Below, piece after piece: positions 36,767-38,679 of a stretch of 38,679 bases of DNA. A program made the translations under genes and the position numbers. Source of the stretch: a virus (lineage: Duplodnaviria > Caudoviricetes); IMG/VR virus record IMGVR_UViG_3300020045_005470, positions 1 to 38,679 of that record; one strand, given 5' to 3'. Every line of letters begins with the position of its first letter. The stretch's first letter is position 1. The notes below the pieces were generated by a model. The model did no database searches, was not told the DNA's origin, and saw nothing but the letters and a program-made list of their open reading frames with translations.

Positions 36767-38472
36767 GAAAATTAATTACACTATTATTATTCCCATTACT
36801 GGTAAGTGCGCAATACAATTTATTTGCACGTCAAAATTTTGCGTATAAAGTTTCAAATGGTACTAACACTGAAATTGGAGGCGTTGCGGCTACAATTTCA
36901 ACACCTGCATTATTAGCAACTAAATTAGGAATTTCAGTAGGTGCTATTTCTAATTTTACTATTGTAGGAAGTGATATTAAATGCAGGATTACAGGGAGTT
37001 ACGTAATACCAACTAATTGTTGGAACGGTAACACTTCAATTACCAGTTATGTTGATTCAGACTATTTGATAACATCTGTTCTTGACGGAGCTTTTTCAAA
37101 TACAAATTTATCGGGACGTATTGATTTTAGAAACGCAACGTCTATTGGAACTAATGCTTTCAGAGTATCAAATGTAACTGAATTTTTATTTTATAATGCA
37201 ACAAGCGTTGGGGATGGATGTTTTTATTTAACTCCTTTAGCAAAACAGATATACATACCAAAATGCACATTACTCGGAACCACTTCTGGAGATAACGCTG
37301 TATTTTTAGGAATAGACGCAACTGCTAAAATATATGCAAATCCTTCTTTAGCCACTAATAACGCTGGAAACCCAGACGGAGATTTGACTTATGCTTCTGG
37401 GCGTGGATCAATAATTCGATACGTTTCTAATTTTACCGCGCCAAATCCGGTCACTGATTTAGCCTCAGGCGGAACATACAACACAGCGATTAAATTAAAC
37501 TTTACGGCTCCGACAGGAAGTACAAATGCTATTGATTATTATGAGGTATATAAAAATGGGACAATTCAAACGCTACAAATAACGACATCAGGACAATATG
37601 TTACGGGTTTAACATCTTCTACAAGTTATGACTTTACATTAATTGCGGTTGATATTTTTTATAATAAATCAGTTATAAGCAATACTTTAAGTCTTTTTAC
37701 TACAAATAGAATAGCGGTTGACGCAGACGCAATTGCTTATATTTCTGCATCATCAAATTCTATTTATCAGGATATTATTGATGACATGTTTGTTTCTTTG
37801 AAATCAAATTCTCTTTATTCAAAAATACAATCGTTTTATCCAAATATAGGAACGGCATCACAACAAAAATATAATGGCAAGAACCCATTAGATACAGATG
37901 CAGCATTTAGATTGACTTATTCTGGAACTGCAACTTTCAGTGATTTAGGATATACACCTAATGGAAGTAATGGATATGCTAACTCTTATTTCAGTCCAAG
38001 TGTAAATCAAACATTAAATAGTAATGGAATTACAATAGTTTCAGGAACTAACAGCGTGCCAACAAGTGGAGATGTTTATGAAACAGGTTCTCAAATTTCT
38101 AGTTCACAATCCAGTATTTTATCTGTAAAAGTAAGTAGTGGAAATTTGGCGGCTTTTAGAATGCAATCATCTTATGTTACAGCTTCAACAGGGGCAAATG
38201 CAAGAGGGATTTTCACGGGAACAAAACAAAGTTCAACAGTTAGTAAATTGTTTAAAAATGGTTCGCTAATAGGAACAGGTACGGGTGGGGGGACTTTGCC
38301 AACAATTAACATATTTATAGGTGCAATTAATTTAGGAGGTACGCCATACGGATATTCAAATCAAAGAATTCAATCCGTTTGGTTTCACGAAGGATTAAGC
38401 GATGCAGAAACCGCAACTTTTCACGCAATTATAGATACGTTTGAATCATTAATAGGTCGTAAAACTTGGTAA
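36763..38472 (+). CDS. Adhesin-like protein: signal peptide, BspA-type LRRs, FN3, C-terminal lectin/LamG-like domain
   Basis: MRKLITLLLFPLLVSA-Q; SVLDGAF/SIGTNAF/SVGDGCF repeats; APNPVTDL...YEVYKNG...GLTSSTSYDFTLIAVD FN3 pattern. Confidence 0.7.
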   Translation: MRKLITLLLFPLLVSAQYNLFARQNFAYKVSNGTNTEIGGVAATISTPALLATKLGISVGAISNFTIVGSDIKCRITGSYVIPTNCWNGNTSITSYVDSDYLITSVLDGAFSNTNLSGRIDFRNATSIGTNAFRVSNVTEFLFYNATSVGDGCFYLTPLAKQIYIPKCTLLGTTSGDNAVFLGIDATAKIYANPSLATNNAGNPDGDLTYASGRGSIIRYVSNFTAPNPVTDLASGGTYNTAIKLNFTAPTGSTNAIDYYEVYKNGTIQTLQITTSGQYVTGLTSSTSYDFTLIAVDIFYNKSVISNTLSLFTTNRIAVDADAIAYISASSNSIYQDIIDDMFVSLKSNSLYSKIQSFYPNIGTASQQKYNGKNPLDTDAAFRLTYSGTATFSDLGYTPNGSNGYANSYFSPSVNQTLNSNGITIVSGTNSVPTSGDVYETGSQISSSQSSILSVKVSSGNLAAFRMQSSYVTASTGANARGIFTGTKQSSTVSKLFKNGSLIGTGTGGGTLPTINIFIGAINLGGTPYGYSNQRIQSVWFHEGLSDAETATFHAIIDTFESLIGRKTW

Positions 38473-38483
38473 ATTAAATAAAT

Positions 38484-38679
38484 ATGAAAGTAATATCAAA
38501 AACAAAAGCAATTCTTTTACACGATAGAAAAGGAATTTTAGAAGAGTTTGTACAAATCAAAATACAACAAACTTTTAGGGATAGCGATAACAAAACTATC
38601 CAATTTAAAACAACTGATACATTGGTTTTAAACAAAGGACTGGAAAATGAAAGTTACCAAGTTCATAAAGACCGTGACG
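38484..38679 (+). CDS. Hypothetical protein, 3'-truncated by window end
   Basis: MKVISKTKAILLHDRKGILEEFVQIKIQQTFRD... open to the end of the window. Confidence 0.6.
   Translation, partial: MKVISKTKAILLHDRKGILEEFVQIKIQQTFRDSDNKTIQFKTTDTLVLNKGLENESYQVHKDRD

Noticed and set aside
194-38472. Diversity-generating retroelement or invertible shufflon for the fibre genes
   Set aside because: No reverse transcriptase or site-specific recombinase seen; repeats are direct and differences are mostly synonymous, not adenine-specific
1-38679. Integrase or lysogeny module, tRNA genes, host flanking DNA
   Set aside because: None recognised; lifestyle cannot be settled because the segment between window end and start is missing

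Overview
AT-rich, near-complete and circularly permuted genome of a tailed phage, probably a siphovirus. The host is probably Bacteroidota/Flavobacteriaceae: TAnnTTTG -7 promoter boxes, AT-rich start contexts without Shine-Dalgarno sites, a DUF3127 protein and a BT4734/VirE-type primase. Gene order: beta-helix fibre/adhesin; lysis cassette (holin-like, GH24 endolysin, u-spanin); divergent early region with small genes, a RecT-like annealing protein, DUF3127 and an XRE HTH; IbrA/IbrB-like PAPS-reductase plus ParB operon with a PD-(D/E)XK nuclease; SF2 helicase, primase-helicase, iteron-type origin and VRR-NUC; terminases; tail and tape-measure genes; protease, capsid, tail tube, portal; a second fibre/adhesin cassette. 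No integrase, DNA polymerase, tRNA or CRISPR array was seen. Most notable observations: (1) two, possibly three, ~100-nt leaders in which a 5' hairpin loop is complementary to the loop of a terminator hairpin; (2) five intergenic 19-bp palindromes resembling the Flavobacteriales Fur box, one ahead of a candidate sRNA; (3) a diverged 1.33-kb duplication giving two fibres with a shared N-terminus and different C-termini; (4) Sec-type signal peptides on three fibre/adhesin proteins. All calls are by eye from motifs and synteny; no database search was run.
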